In this document: one piece after another, positions 1 through 9,660 of the stretch | Numbering within the stretch: the stretch's first letter is position 1 | Layout of the letters: every line of letters starts with the position of its first letter | Source of the DNA: Acutalibacteraceae bacterium | Lineage (GTDB): Bacteria > Bacillota > Clostridia > Oscillospirales > Acutalibacteraceae | Direction of reading: 5' to 3' | Assembly (NCBI GenBank): GCA_045658105.1 | Contig: JAZOUK010000005.1 | Coordinates: 90-64,089 of the forward strand | DNA: 64,000 nucleotides | Notes under the pieces: generated by a model | Told to the model about the DNA's origin: nothing | Seen by the model: only the letters and a program-made list of their open reading frames with translations | Databases searched by the model: none | Position numbers and translations under genes: made by a program

Positions 1-1520
1 GTATATAATCGATTTCTAGTAGAGATTTTCGAGATATTAAGACTATCTTTAATAAAAATATCATACGATACGGATGAAATTTCCTGAGTGATTTGGTTAT
101 TAACCGCGTATATTACGTCATATTCAATAATATCTGATGCATCTTGAAGTACTGTATAATTATCAATTATCCATTCGCCGTAGTCGGTAATAATTCTACT
201 TTCTTTTGGGATTTTCATAATGAAAATCTTCACAGCATTAATATATTCTTGATAAGCATTATCAATATAAAAATACTTTTTAACACCGTCCATATAGACA
301 TCATCATATAATTCGTTGTATTCTGCTAAATTTTTACATTCTTCATACGCTGCAATTTTCATCGCAATATAAGCGTTATATAGTGTTTCGAATTTTTTGA
401 TTTCACTATTGTCAAACTGACTACTAAAAACACTTGCCTTATTTCTGACACTGTTATACAAATCTGAGGCATATTGTGTAAGCATAACCGCAGATGTATA
501 CTCTGAATAATCGTATCCAAGCCATCCTTTAAACACAATATTATTAACTAAACCCACTACTGCTGTAACTGCAGAGCCATATGACTTCCATCCGTCAAGA
601 ATAGCATCGTTCGTTAGTTTCGGTAGATAGCCAATAATTTTATCATAAACTTTATCTTCAATATATGTACTGGTAAAATAAGTAACAAATCCACCAGAAA
701 GTTGTTTTTGAAGTCTTGTCATACCATTATAGAGCGTTGATGATGAACTTTGAGTATTGATAATATCCTGAATTAGTTCCATCTGAGTTTCTTGCATAGT
801 AATTGATAAAGCAAGAGATTTTGTAAAATCAACAGCATCTGTTAAATCACCTAACACTTCTGTGGTTTCGCTTAAGGTAGTATAAAGCTCAGATTTTAGC
901 GAAGGCAACTTAGGCTCTAATTCGGTACAATATTCTTCAAGGACAGCAATTGCACGATCAATAAAGTAATCATAAAGTTCTGGCTTTCCCAAATCTTTAT
1001 AATAGACCTCGTCTTCTATTACAACTTTATCAATTTTCTCAACAACACCTAAAAATTTATTAATATTCTTTATATATTTATTTTCAGTACCTACTTCTTT
1101 TGAAGCATTTAAGTTCACATCGCAAAGTTCTTCAACAAATTTTTGGTTTGCTTTATCCAGCTCATTGTTGAGTTTAAAATTTGATAAACCAATACTGTCC
1201 GATACATATTTTGCAATACCCGTTGGGTCTGATGCAATCCCTATCGATTCAAACCAAGCAGAAGCTTTAAAATGGTCGGTATTTATATATTCGTTGAGAA
1301 CGTTAGTTGTAACATTTGATGTGTCAAGCTCATATGAAATTAAATATGTATTAGTTGTTAAATAAGTAGAATACCCATAAAATAAATCGGAATAGTAGAT
1401 ATATTCCTCTTCACTAATGTTATCCTCGCTATCTTGGTCGATTGTTTCTGCCAAAGCTGTAAACGTAATACTACAAACAATCATTATAGTTGCTAATATC
1501 ACACATAATAACTTTTTCAT
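1..1520 (-). CDS. partial CDS: signal-peptide or N-terminally anchored protein of unknown function (>506 aa, C-terminus lies beyond window start)
   Basis: My own translation of the minus strand from ATG 1520..1518 stays open to position 1. It is absent from the ORF track because no stop lies in the window. The N-terminus MKKLLCVILATIMIVCSITFTALA/ETID looks like a Sec signal. Its ATG overlaps the TGA of the upstream TIR gene (ATGA at 1517-1520). Confidence 0.6.
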   Translation of the reverse strand, partial: MKKLLCVILATIMIVCSITFTALAETIDQDSEDNISEEEYIYYSDLFYGYSTYLTTNTYLISYELDTSNVTTNVLNEYINTDHFKASAWFESIGIASDPTGIAKYVSDSIGLSNFKLNNELDKANQKFVEELCDVNLNASKEVGTENKYIKNINKFLGVVEKIDKVVIEDEVYYKDLGKPELYDYFIDRAIAVLEEYCTELEPKLPSLKSELYTTLSETTEVLGDLTDAVDFTKSLALSITMQETQMELIQDIINTQSSSSTLYNGMTRLQKQLSGGFVTYFTSTYIEDKVYDKIIGYLPKLTNDAILDGWKSYGSAVTAVVGLVNNIVFKGWLGYDYSEYTSAVMLTQYASDLYNSVRNKASVFSSQFDNSEIKKFETLYNAYIAMKIAAYEECKNLAEYNELYDDVYMDGVKKYFYIDNAYQEYINAVKIFIMKIPKESRIITDYGEWIIDNYTVLQDASDIIEYDVIYAVNNQITQEISSVSYDIFIKDSLNISKISTRNRLY

Positions 1521-2206
1521 TTTCTATGCCTCACAATATTTTCTTCAAGTTTCAATAGAGTTTTTAATTGATTTATAAAGGTTCCCATATAATAATCTCT
1601 AATATAATGATTATCATAGATATTCTTGTTCATCGTAGCTTTAATTCGTTCGACCGGTACATTACCTATGCGTGGCAGATCTCGTTTTATATTGTGTATT
1701 TTAGATAGTAAAGCATTATAGTTTATATCGATATCAAATTCTACAATATTAGTAAAATTTTCATATCTCTTATCAATTAGAAATATGGGTATTGCGTTCA
1801 AAGCGGTGCCTTCGCGTATTACGGGAAGATATTTGGTTTTATTGACTCCACGAACCATCTCACCTGTAATTATGCTGTCTTCATAACCAACTCCGCCAAG
1901 TCTATTGTCTGCCTTATACTTATAGTTTGGTGTGCAAACTATAACAACATAATCACTTTTTAATATAGATTGTTCAATAGAAAATGGTACTGAATCGCCA
2001 GTTTCAATATGCCATTTATCAAATATTACGTTAACTCCATCTATGCGCATTTTTAATGCTAATTTTTCTACCCAATCAACATGTTCTTGATTATCATAAG
2101 AATATGATATAAAAACTGTTGGATTTATACCTTGAGCCAATCCAAACACCTCATTAAATACTATAATAACATTTCTCAAAAAGTGTACTTTTTGAGAAAT
2201 GTCCAA
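1517..2206 (-). CDS. TIR-domain protein
   Basis: TIR-like core: VFISYSYDNQEHVDWVEKLALKMRIDGVNVIFDKW...SDYVVIVCTPNYKYK...GGVGYEDSII...KYLPVI. The track start is TTG. An internal GAGGTG-n6-TTG start just before AQGINPTVFISYS is equally plausible. Confidence 0.75.
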   Translation of the reverse strand: MDISQKVHFLRNVIIVFNEVFGLAQGINPTVFISYSYDNQEHVDWVEKLALKMRIDGVNVIFDKWHIETGDSVPFSIEQSILKSDYVVIVCTPNYKYKADNRLGGVGYEDSIITGEMVRGVNKTKYLPVIREGTALNAIPIFLIDKRYENFTNIVEFDIDINYNALLSKIHNIKRDLPRIGNVPVERIKATMNKNIYDNHYIRDYYMGTFINQLKTLLKLEENIVRHRK

Positions 2207-2312
2207 TAATTTGAACTTGCTTTATTAAAAATATAAATCACTCCCAAATTTCAACATTTTTCCTTTTTTATATTGCGTTTACAGTAGTTTTATGGTATAA
2301 TATTGCATCATG

Positions 2313-2350
2313 AAACGGCTATCAAAAAGTACACCTTTTGATAGCCGTTT
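2313..2350. terminator. perfect 15-bp stem hairpin downstream of the resolvase gene
   Basis: AAACGGCTATCAAAA-agtacacc-TTTTGATAGCCGTTT, 3 nt after the resolvase stop. A/T runs are built into the stem, so it could act in both directions. Confidence 0.55.
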
Positions 2351-2352
2351 TA

Positions 2353-3054
<702 letters not shown>

Positions 3055-3127
3055 TCAAGAAAACATTAACAAAATGGGAACGATTATAAAAAACTAATGT
3101 AAAAAAGTAAAATCACCGAATTAAATG

Positions 3128-3157
3128 GAACAGGCACGGAAAATTCCGTGCCTGTTC
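3128..3157 (-). terminator. hairpin after the 397-aa gene
   Basis: GAACAGGCACGGAAAATTCCGTGCCTGTTC, a perfect palindrome 13 nt downstream of the stop at 3170. Confidence 0.5.
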
Positions 3158-3169
3158 GTTCAATACTGC

Positions 3170-4363
3170 TTATATACCATTTATTTCTTTTTGATAACGT
3201 TGATTAGCCACCTCAACAAGAAATGTCAGTGTTGAAACTTCAGTTTCAGTAAGTGGTTTATTGTGTTGAACTATCAAATAAGAATCAAGTGCTCTAAAAA
3301 CACTAATATACATACCTTGCCAACCACAATTACATTTGATATCACCCTGTAAATAATTATCAAACTGGTTTGAACGATATTCTCTTATGTGCACTTCGGG
3401 TTTATAACTTGTTGAATATCCTAATATGCCATAATCCCAATAGAAGTGAGTTGCCTTTATATCGCTCTTTAAAATACAAAACATAAGTGCTTGTGATAAA
3501 TCTAGTTGGGTTATTTGTTTTTCTATTTCATCCAATTGTTCTACATTAAAATGGTTATATCGTAACACTGCATAGGTAGCTTCGTTTAGCTCCTCCATAT
3601 TTAAAAAGTAATCTTTTAGCGCAGTATAATGATCGGTGGTTTTTATCTTTTCAATGATATCTAAAGATAAATATTTCTCAAATATACCTATAGGAATTGG
3701 TTCTGTCATTGGATCAAACGGTATATGTGAATCAACTTCATAATCCGAAAGAGCCAAGGACAATGGATCTAACGCAATATTCATAATCAACATCATTCCA
3801 ATGGCGTATTTCAAAAAAGAAAGAAAAAGATTTGTTCGCCCCTCTTGGTCTGTGGAATTTGAAATATTGTTAGAAACATAAAAGGTATCAAATCCCTGTT
3901 TATGTATATATTTATTTGCTTTTTTCAGCAATTCATCATATTGTTCAAAGAATTCTGGGATAACAGTTTTAATCTCATTATATGCATCATTTTGGCGAAT
4001 AAGTAAATCCTTAACTGCTTTATCCGACGGAAATCTACCTTTTTCTTTCCAAAGTTCATACTTATCGGCATCTACTGCAGACAAAAGCATATTGTTCATA
4101 TTCTCTATTGACTGTCTTAAAGAATAGAACGCGCAATCGAAATAACCATCCTCGTATAGGAAAAAAGCGTGTTTTAACAGTTCTACCGATTCACTGAAAA
4201 ACATATTACAAAACATCTCGTTAAGATTCCCAGTGGTGGGTATCAATGCTCGGAGTGTGCTCAATAATTCATCATGTTCAGGCAACTGCCTTTTCACCAA
4301 AAGACTGTGATCTTGTTCACATAATAATTCTTTCCATTCGGATTTATTCATTAAATTCACCAC
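3170..4363 (-). CDS. hypothetical protein, 397 aa (possible HEPN-like helical N-terminal domain, unverified)
   Basis: Long ORF with its own terminator. No motif I can assign firmly. VELLKHAFFLYEDGYFDCAFYSLRQSIENMNN ... KKANKYIHKQG only loosely resembles HEPN helices. Start is GTG 4363 or ATG 4351. Confidence 0.55.
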   Translation of the reverse strand: MVNLMNKSEWKELLCEQDHSLLVKRQLPEHDELLSTLRALIPTTGNLNEMFCNMFFSESVELLKHAFFLYEDGYFDCAFYSLRQSIENMNNMLLSAVDADKYELWKEKGRFPSDKAVKDLLIRQNDAYNEIKTVIPEFFEQYDELLKKANKYIHKQGFDTFYVSNNISNSTDQEGRTNLFLSFLKYAIGMMLIMNIALDPLSLALSDYEVDSHIPFDPMTEPIPIGIFEKYLSLDIIEKIKTTDHYTALKDYFLNMEELNEATYAVLRYNHFNVEQLDEIEKQITQLDLSQALMFCILKSDIKATHFYWDYGILGYSTSYKPEVHIREYRSNQFDNYLQGDIKCNCGWQGMYISVFRALDSYLIVQHNKPLTETEVSTLTFLVEVANQRYQKEINGI

Positions 4364-4448
4364 GCTAATTTTTTATATTTTTCTAAATATTTCAATTTGT
4401 AACTTTAGGAGAGATAAACAACCGACTTAGTGCACGCCTTGAAGTAGT

Positions 4449-4556
4449 CCTTTACTCTTCCGCATACTCATGCGGGCGTTCTTTATAGTCTTTAACCTTA
4501 TACTCGCCGATGGTGTCATATTTGCTTGCTTTTGTTTCGGTGGGGGTGTCTTGTTT
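4449..4556 (-). pseudogene. orphan 3'-end fragment of a fic gene (direct repeat of 9740-9847)
   Basis: The minus strand encodes ..TPTETKASKYDTIGEYKVKDYKERPHEYAEE*, near-identical to the C-terminus of the Fic protein at 9743. No upstream fic coding sequence is present. Identity is ~90% at the nucleotide level. Confidence 0.75.
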
Positions 4557-4702
4557 ATTTTATAATTAATACTATTAACAATTAATTGCTTTTTTGAGCC
4601 TGTAAATTTGCGCGAATTTTATTGATGATATACGTGTCAAAATCAGGATGATTGAAAACTTTCGTGAGACTTAAGCATTATTGCAAGTTCGTTTATGCTA
4701 TA

Positions 4703-5203
4703 TCATCCCCACCAATACAAAGCTTTGTTGTCAATAGCATATCGCCGTTCTACGATTCTTCTTTTCTCATGGCAGAGCATATCATCTGACATATCAACGC
4801 AAAAAAATCTAAATTCAACGTAATTTTGTGCAATCATATCTCTGTATTTATCGATATATCTAGGATTTCTTTTCCATGATTTTGTTCTCAAGGAACTAAC
4901 ATATGTACACATTTTGCATTTATGTATGTGGAACTTTGCACTGTCGTTCCCAAACCGCCTTCTAGCCAAATATTGTTTATTGCAGTTCACGCATATATTA
5001 TCATCTGGGGTGTTTAATATATGAATTGCACTTAGGATTTCACTATATATATTTATAGTTTCAGCAACTTCTAAACATCTCCAGTTTTCATTGTTTTTTC
5101 AACCGTACAACGCCCAAACTCCTGGTTTTTCATAAAACCTCCTATTTATCTCTGTACACTTTAAAAATTTGACTTTTGATCCAATAACAATATTTTTCTC
5201 CAT
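4703..5203 (-). pseudogene. Cys-rich ORF interrupted by one in-frame TGA (5099-5101)
   Basis: ATG 5203 (AAGGA RBS) gives MEKNIVIGSKVKFLKCTEINRRFYEKPGVWALYG, then TGA. The same frame continues KNNENWRCLEVAETINIYSEI...CVNCNKQ...HKCKMC... to the stop at 4703. The track lists only the distal 95 aa. Confidence 0.5.
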
Positions 5204-5260
5204 ATAGTTTTCCTTGGTTTATTTAAATGGTTTATATCATTTTATCACAAATCTAAGCTA

Positions 5261-5291
5261 AAAGAAAGTCACACCTTGCAATTCGCATAGG
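5261..5291 (-). terminator. putative terminator after the HEPN-like gene
   Basis: CCTTGC-aattc-GCAtAGG stem followed (minus strand) by CTTTCTTT. It shares a TTGCAA..GCA.AGGC core with the hairpins at 7397 and 9661. Confidence 0.35.
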
Positions 5292-5331
5292 CGAGGTTTT
5301 ACTTATGAATTAACTTTATCACAGTGATTTA

Positions 5332-6294
5332 TCATTTTAGAAACGATTCATCTGCAACCATTGTAAATAACAAAAACAGAAGAGCTGTAATATGTATTGA
5401 ATAATAATTCATGTATGTGAAATTACAATGGGCCAAATTATTTCTTAAATTTAAGTTTGAAGCATCAAAGAGAAGAGTAACAATTTTAACAAAACTATCA
5501 TCTGCTATATCTGTAAATAATGAACTACGAATAAATGGTGTCAGTGTGAATTTGTTGCAAAGAAGGTTCTTAATATTTGAATCATTCGAAATAATATTAT
5601 ATTTTCTTAATAATGCATATTGCATATCGGAAGTTGCTTGAACACTATCAAAATAAGCTGTAGTTGTTCTATGAGAAATCATTTCATATTGATGTTGTAA
5701 AAAATCTAATAAATCATTTTCTTGTGATGTCAATACAATGTTTCCGGCAGAGATTTCTTGCTTTAATGAGTTAAGGTACTGCTTTGCATATATTCTTTTC
5801 GTATGTTCTTTAATATCCTTTTCAAACAAGGTTGCGAGAATTAAAGTTGCTCCATAGGCTGGAGATAAACCATTGTTCTTACTATTAATTAATTCATTGT
5901 ATGCATATATAAACATTTCGTTGGTACTGATTGGCCCACTAACTCCATCCTCAACGCGAGCTATACGATTTCCTTCCTTATCAAAAACATTTAAAAATAC
6001 TCCACCAAGAATTATAGCGAGATTATAAAAATAAATCATATGTGATTGTAAATCGGTAATATTCGCACCTTGTATGTTGGGCAACTGTGAATAATCAAAA
6101 GTGGCATTTTTTATATCATAATCGCACATATCTATTATTTCACCTAAAAACTTAAGCTTCTCGTCTTTGCTAGAGTAGTTTTGATAAATTGAAAAATGGT
6201 TTATCTTATCATTTATATAGGCATCACGTTCTGTTATATTAATCAAAGCCAACCCTTGTGCCAAATCAAATTTGAAATTTTTGTTAAAAAACAT
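5332..6294 (-). CDS. HEPN-type protein with C-terminal RNxxxH motif (DUF4209-like)
   Basis: C-terminal ...LNLRNNLAHCNF (R 5443-5445, H 5428-5430) fits the Rx4-6H HEPN signature and the RNxxxH(G) signature described for DUF4209. It starts 27 nt after the AbiH-like stop, with a GAGGAAGAAGGA RBS. Confidence 0.6.
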   Translation of the reverse strand: MFFNKNFKFDLAQGLALINITERDAYINDKINHFSIYQNYSSKDEKLKFLGEIIDMCDYDIKNATFDYSQLPNIQGANITDLQSHMIYFYNLAIILGGVFLNVFDKEGNRIARVEDGVSGPISTNEMFIYAYNELINSKNNGLSPAYGATLILATLFEKDIKEHTKRIYAKQYLNSLKQEISAGNIVLTSQENDLLDFLQHQYEMISHRTTTAYFDSVQATSDMQYALLRKYNIISNDSNIKNLLCNKFTLTPFIRSSLFTDIADDSFVKIVTLLFDASNLNLRNNLAHCNFTYMNYYSIHITALLFLLFTMVADESFLK

Positions 6295-6321
6295 ATTAGT
6301 TCCTTCTTCCTCTAATTATTA

Positions 6322-7341
6322 TTAAAAACCGAATACCTCTGTGTCTTGCCTTAATATTATATTCCATCCATTGCTTTGTACATATTCTAACTTTCTTCTA
6401 TGATCTTGTTCATCGTGATAATAACATATTATTTCTTTGGCTTTTATAGCAACAAACACACTCCAGTCAGCCTGACCTAAAGAATGACCTATTATATGTA
6501 CCTCATCAAATTCCTCATTGGCAAGGATCTGGATTATGGTTTTTCGATAATCAAGAAATTCTTTGCTTTTCATTTTCAGCCATTTATATAATTCTTCTTC
6601 ATTGTCTTGTGTTCTTCTTACCACATCATCAAAGAATCTTTTAATAGCGGCTCTTTCAATCAAATTATTTTCCATATCATACTCATAGTATTTTAGTCTT
6701 TCGGCCAATACATCTTTTGGTCTTCCGGTTGCTTTACTTGAGGGATATTCCGTATGAACAGCAGTAGTATCCAAACGCTCAAAAGTATCACAACCAATGA
6801 CAATTTCATCATTAATATTTCCGTGAATATGTTCTACGTTATGAAAACCATAAAGCAGTTCTATGACATTTGTATAATTGAAATTTATAACCCTTGAAGC
6901 CGAATCAAAATGCTCTTTCAAAGTTTGCATTGAGGGAAATTTAGGAATTTTAGAATCGCAGTATAGATCACGAAGATAAGACAAAAAATCTGCCTCAAAA
7001 CTAACTAACAGTAAAACTATTTTTGAGATTACTTCAATTTCTTCTTTAAATGCCTCTGACCTATAATCATAATATCCGACCTCACCATTTTGATCTGTGC
7101 CGTAGGTGTCAATTATTTCTTCAACGATTTCATCCACTTCTACTTCAGTGCCGATTTCATCGAGTTTGTCTAATATCAGTTCTTTAAATCGATCTTCAAC
7201 ACTATACCAACAATTATTTTTGTTTTTGAAAACCGAGTATTTATCAGCATAGTTAGTAGAATATTTAACAAAATCATCAAAAGCTGTATTAAGCCCATGT
7301 GCTTTATCAAAGCCATTGCCTGTAATGATTAGTTTTTTCAA
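6322..7341 (-). CDS. AbiH-family abortive-infection-like protein
   Basis: MKKLIITGNGFDKAHGLNTAFDDF at the N-terminus, INFNYTNVIELL, VEHIHGNI, and VHIIGHSLGQADWSVF. This is the AbiH motif series as I recall it. Confidence 0.7.
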   Translation of the reverse strand: MKKLIITGNGFDKAHGLNTAFDDFVKYSTNYADKYSVFKNKNNCWYSVEDRFKELILDKLDEIGTEVEVDEIVEEIIDTYGTDQNGEVGYYDYRSEAFKEEIEVISKIVLLLVSFEADFLSYLRDLYCDSKIPKFPSMQTLKEHFDSASRVINFNYTNVIELLYGFHNVEHIHGNINDEIVIGCDTFERLDTTAVHTEYPSSKATGRPKDVLAERLKYYEYDMENNLIERAAIKRFFDDVVRRTQDNEEELYKWLKMKSKEFLDYRKTIIQILANEEFDEVHIIGHSLGQADWSVFVAIKAKEIICYYHDEQDHRRKLEYVQSNGWNIILRQDTEVFGF

Positions 7342-7385
7342 ACGATCTTCACCTCAATTCGACAATATTATATCATAAACTTATG

Positions 7386-7425
7386 TAAAAAGAAATCCCC
7401 GCTTGCAAGATTTGCAGAGGCGGGG
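7386..7425 (-). terminator. rho-independent terminator after the NACHT gene
   Basis: CCCCGC..GCAA-gat-TTGC..GCGGGG, followed on the minus strand by ATTTCTTTTT. Confidence 0.6.
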
Positions 7426-7473
7426 CAGTAAACATTGCATAATGTGAAGATCAATTTACCAAAAACAAAAAAT

Positions 7474-9585
7474 TTACCTTCTGTTACTAAGTTTAAATTG
7501 TTTGTTCAAAGATAAAATCTCTTTCTTAATTAAAAACATACACTCAAGTCGCTTTTGGCTCGCACCGTTAAAGGTAATGAAGCACTTGGAGACGATTCTT
7601 TTTTCTTTAAAAGAAAGACGTTTACTTCTGTTGTACATAAATGTATAGATTGTGGCTAAATCAAACAGTCGGAAAAAGTACTGCTTTTTTGTTTTTCCGT
7701 CCATTTTTGAAATGTCTGTTGGTAATTTTTTAGAAAGACGTGTAATTCGTTTGTCAAAAGCGTTATGGCAAGATATGCATTTATCATCATCCTTAAAATT
7801 GTATATAGTTTTACCAATAACATCACCATAGAATATAAGTGTATGTGATCTATTAGCAAGATCATAGTTGGCATTATATGTGTTGTTTAGGAATGGTAGC
7901 ATACGTTCAACATAATCTAATTCTATATTCTCTCCTGCTAAAAAGGACGAACTAATTGCACAGCAACGCTTTAATACAACACTATAATAGTCTAAATCTG
8001 AGGTTTGTTTTATATTAGAATCATTCCAATAAATAAACTCCAAAAAATCAACAACAGCGGGATTTTGCAATCCTAAACGTCCAAGACGAAAAACTATCTC
8101 GTACTTAAGAGAGAAAAACTCCATAGGATTCAAAACCGGAAACTCACATATAAATTTATTGTTAGGGAATTCAAAATATTTTTTGAGTTCTTCTTTTGTG
8201 TTTTCATCCAAGGTGTAATAATAGATACTGCAAAGTTTTTCGAAAAAATATTCCTTTATAGTATTATCATTCGTATTTATTGCATCTGTAATGAAATCCG
8301 CATAGTCATTCGAGTAGTTTTGGTAAAAGATAGAAAGTGCTTTTTTGTCAATTTGATTATTCCTCGTTTGAAGCAAATAGTGTTTTGCCACAAAATACTC
8401 AAAAAATGTCTCATGGGTAAAGGTGAGTTTGTCACCGGAAGTCTTTTTGAGTATTGTTGAAATGAAATGTATTTCAACAGGAAGGCTAAATTGCTTTTTG
8501 TCACTCGAAAAGAAAGCAAAAACTGCTTCTGCGATTTCTTCTCCTATTTTATCCAAATCAACTTTTGTAATAGGATCGTTATTTCTTCTGCAGTAGGTTT
8601 TAATAAGACACGAGATAAAATTGTCATAAAAGTCAAACTTATTGTTTGTATTAATTGAAACACTTGGGTGCGTCTGCAGTTTCATGTAGACAAACAGTTT
8701 CATTAAAAGCGGACTATTAATATTTTTTAACCAAGACGTATCATTCAAGATTTGATTTTTAATATCCGAAATTTTATTGTAAGAATCATACTGTATGTTG
8801 TTTAAAGTCTTCAAAAGATTCGCAGCATAATTATTTAACATTTTAGAGGACCAACTCATTATTTGAACATTTCTTTTTTTGATTCTCATAAAAGAATTGT
8901 TGCGGAGAATATATTTTTGCGCAAAGTCCGGACGCGATGTTATTTTTAAATCAACTTTTTTTGCAACTATAATAATACAATCAACAAATTCGGACAGCCG
9001 TTTTGCACGGCTTTCGCCGATTTCATCAACACCATCTAAGTACAAAATAACCTGTTTATATTTAGTAGCCATTAATTTGTTTTTTAGTTCATCTTGCATA
9101 GTTGTGTCGTCAAGCAAGGATATTAACTCAACAGAGTTAAAAAATAAATGTACTTTTTTCCCTATGTTTTTTTTAGAAAAATTCTTGATGAAATCATATT
9201 TTAATAAAGTGGATTTTCCACAGCCCGCAGGACCAGTCAAAATATATGCTTTATCCAATAAAGATTTGACTTTAAAAGCTTTTCTATCGCTAGAAATAGG
9301 CATGTTTTTATAAAAGAAATACTTTTGTTCACTAGGCTCATCGAAAAAAGTTGGTTCCCTTTCAATTTGTTCCTTTGTTCGCAAACCCATATTCTCAAAA
9401 TACTGCCTTGCATCTTTTGCTTCTTGCCCCAGTGAGCGATGCTCAAAAATAAATTTAAATACAGCCCATAAACCACCAACAATTATTGTTACTAATACTG
9501 CGACAGACGCAAAATCCCCAAACCAGTCTTTGTTTTCTACGAAAAAATGTTTTACTGCGTCCCATATGGCTTTCAAACGTTCCAT
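7474..9585 (-). CDS. membrane-anchored NACHT/STAND NTPase
   Basis: Walker A is ILTGPAGCGKSTLL and Walker B is VILYLDGVDEIGE. Also present: KITSRPDF and FTHETFFEYFVAKHYL (NACHT winged-helix-like). The N-terminal hydrophobic helix is FGDFASVAVLVTIIVGGLWAVFKFIF. I chose the ATG at 9585 (AGGAGAA RBS); the track starts at 9651. Confidence 0.8.
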   Translation of the reverse strand: MERLKAIWDAVKHFFVENKDWFGDFASVAVLVTIIVGGLWAVFKFIFEHRSLGQEAKDARQYFENMGLRTKEQIEREPTFFDEPSEQKYFFYKNMPISSDRKAFKVKSLLDKAYILTGPAGCGKSTLLKYDFIKNFSKKNIGKKVHLFFNSVELISLLDDTTMQDELKNKLMATKYKQVILYLDGVDEIGESRAKRLSEFVDCIIIVAKKVDLKITSRPDFAQKYILRNNSFMRIKKRNVQIMSWSSKMLNNYAANLLKTLNNIQYDSYNKISDIKNQILNDTSWLKNINSPLLMKLFVYMKLQTHPSVSINTNNKFDFYDNFISCLIKTYCRRNNDPITKVDLDKIGEEIAEAVFAFFSSDKKQFSLPVEIHFISTILKKTSGDKLTFTHETFFEYFVAKHYLLQTRNNQIDKKALSIFYQNYSNDYADFITDAINTNDNTIKEYFFEKLCSIYYYTLDENTKEELKKYFEFPNNKFICEFPVLNPMEFFSLKYEIVFRLGRLGLQNPAVVDFLEFIYWNDSNIKQTSDLDYYSVVLKRCCAISSSFLAGENIELDYVERMLPFLNNTYNANYDLANRSHTLIFYGDVIGKTIYNFKDDDKCISCHNAFDKRITRLSKKLPTDISKMDGKTKKQYFFRLFDLATIYTFMYNRSKRLSFKEKRIVSKCFITFNGASQKRLECMFLIKKEILSLNKQFKLSNRR

Positions 9586-9660
9586 TTCTTTTCTCCTGTT
9601 AAGCAATTTAATTTCTATAATCAATATAACATAAATGATGCGATTAATCAATTATAAGAA

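Noticed and set aside
1517-2206. Calling the TIR gene a Thoeris ThsB.
   Set aside because: No ThsA-type partner (SIR2/SLOG or TM+Macro) is recognisable. The coupled downstream protein has no such motifs, so the Thoeris label would be unsupported.
4703-5203. GIY-YIG nuclease assignment for the interrupted ORF (GVWALYG ... CLEVAET).
   Set aside because: Only a loose resemblance to the GIY/YIG strands. The conserved Arg and Glu positions are not identifiable by eye.
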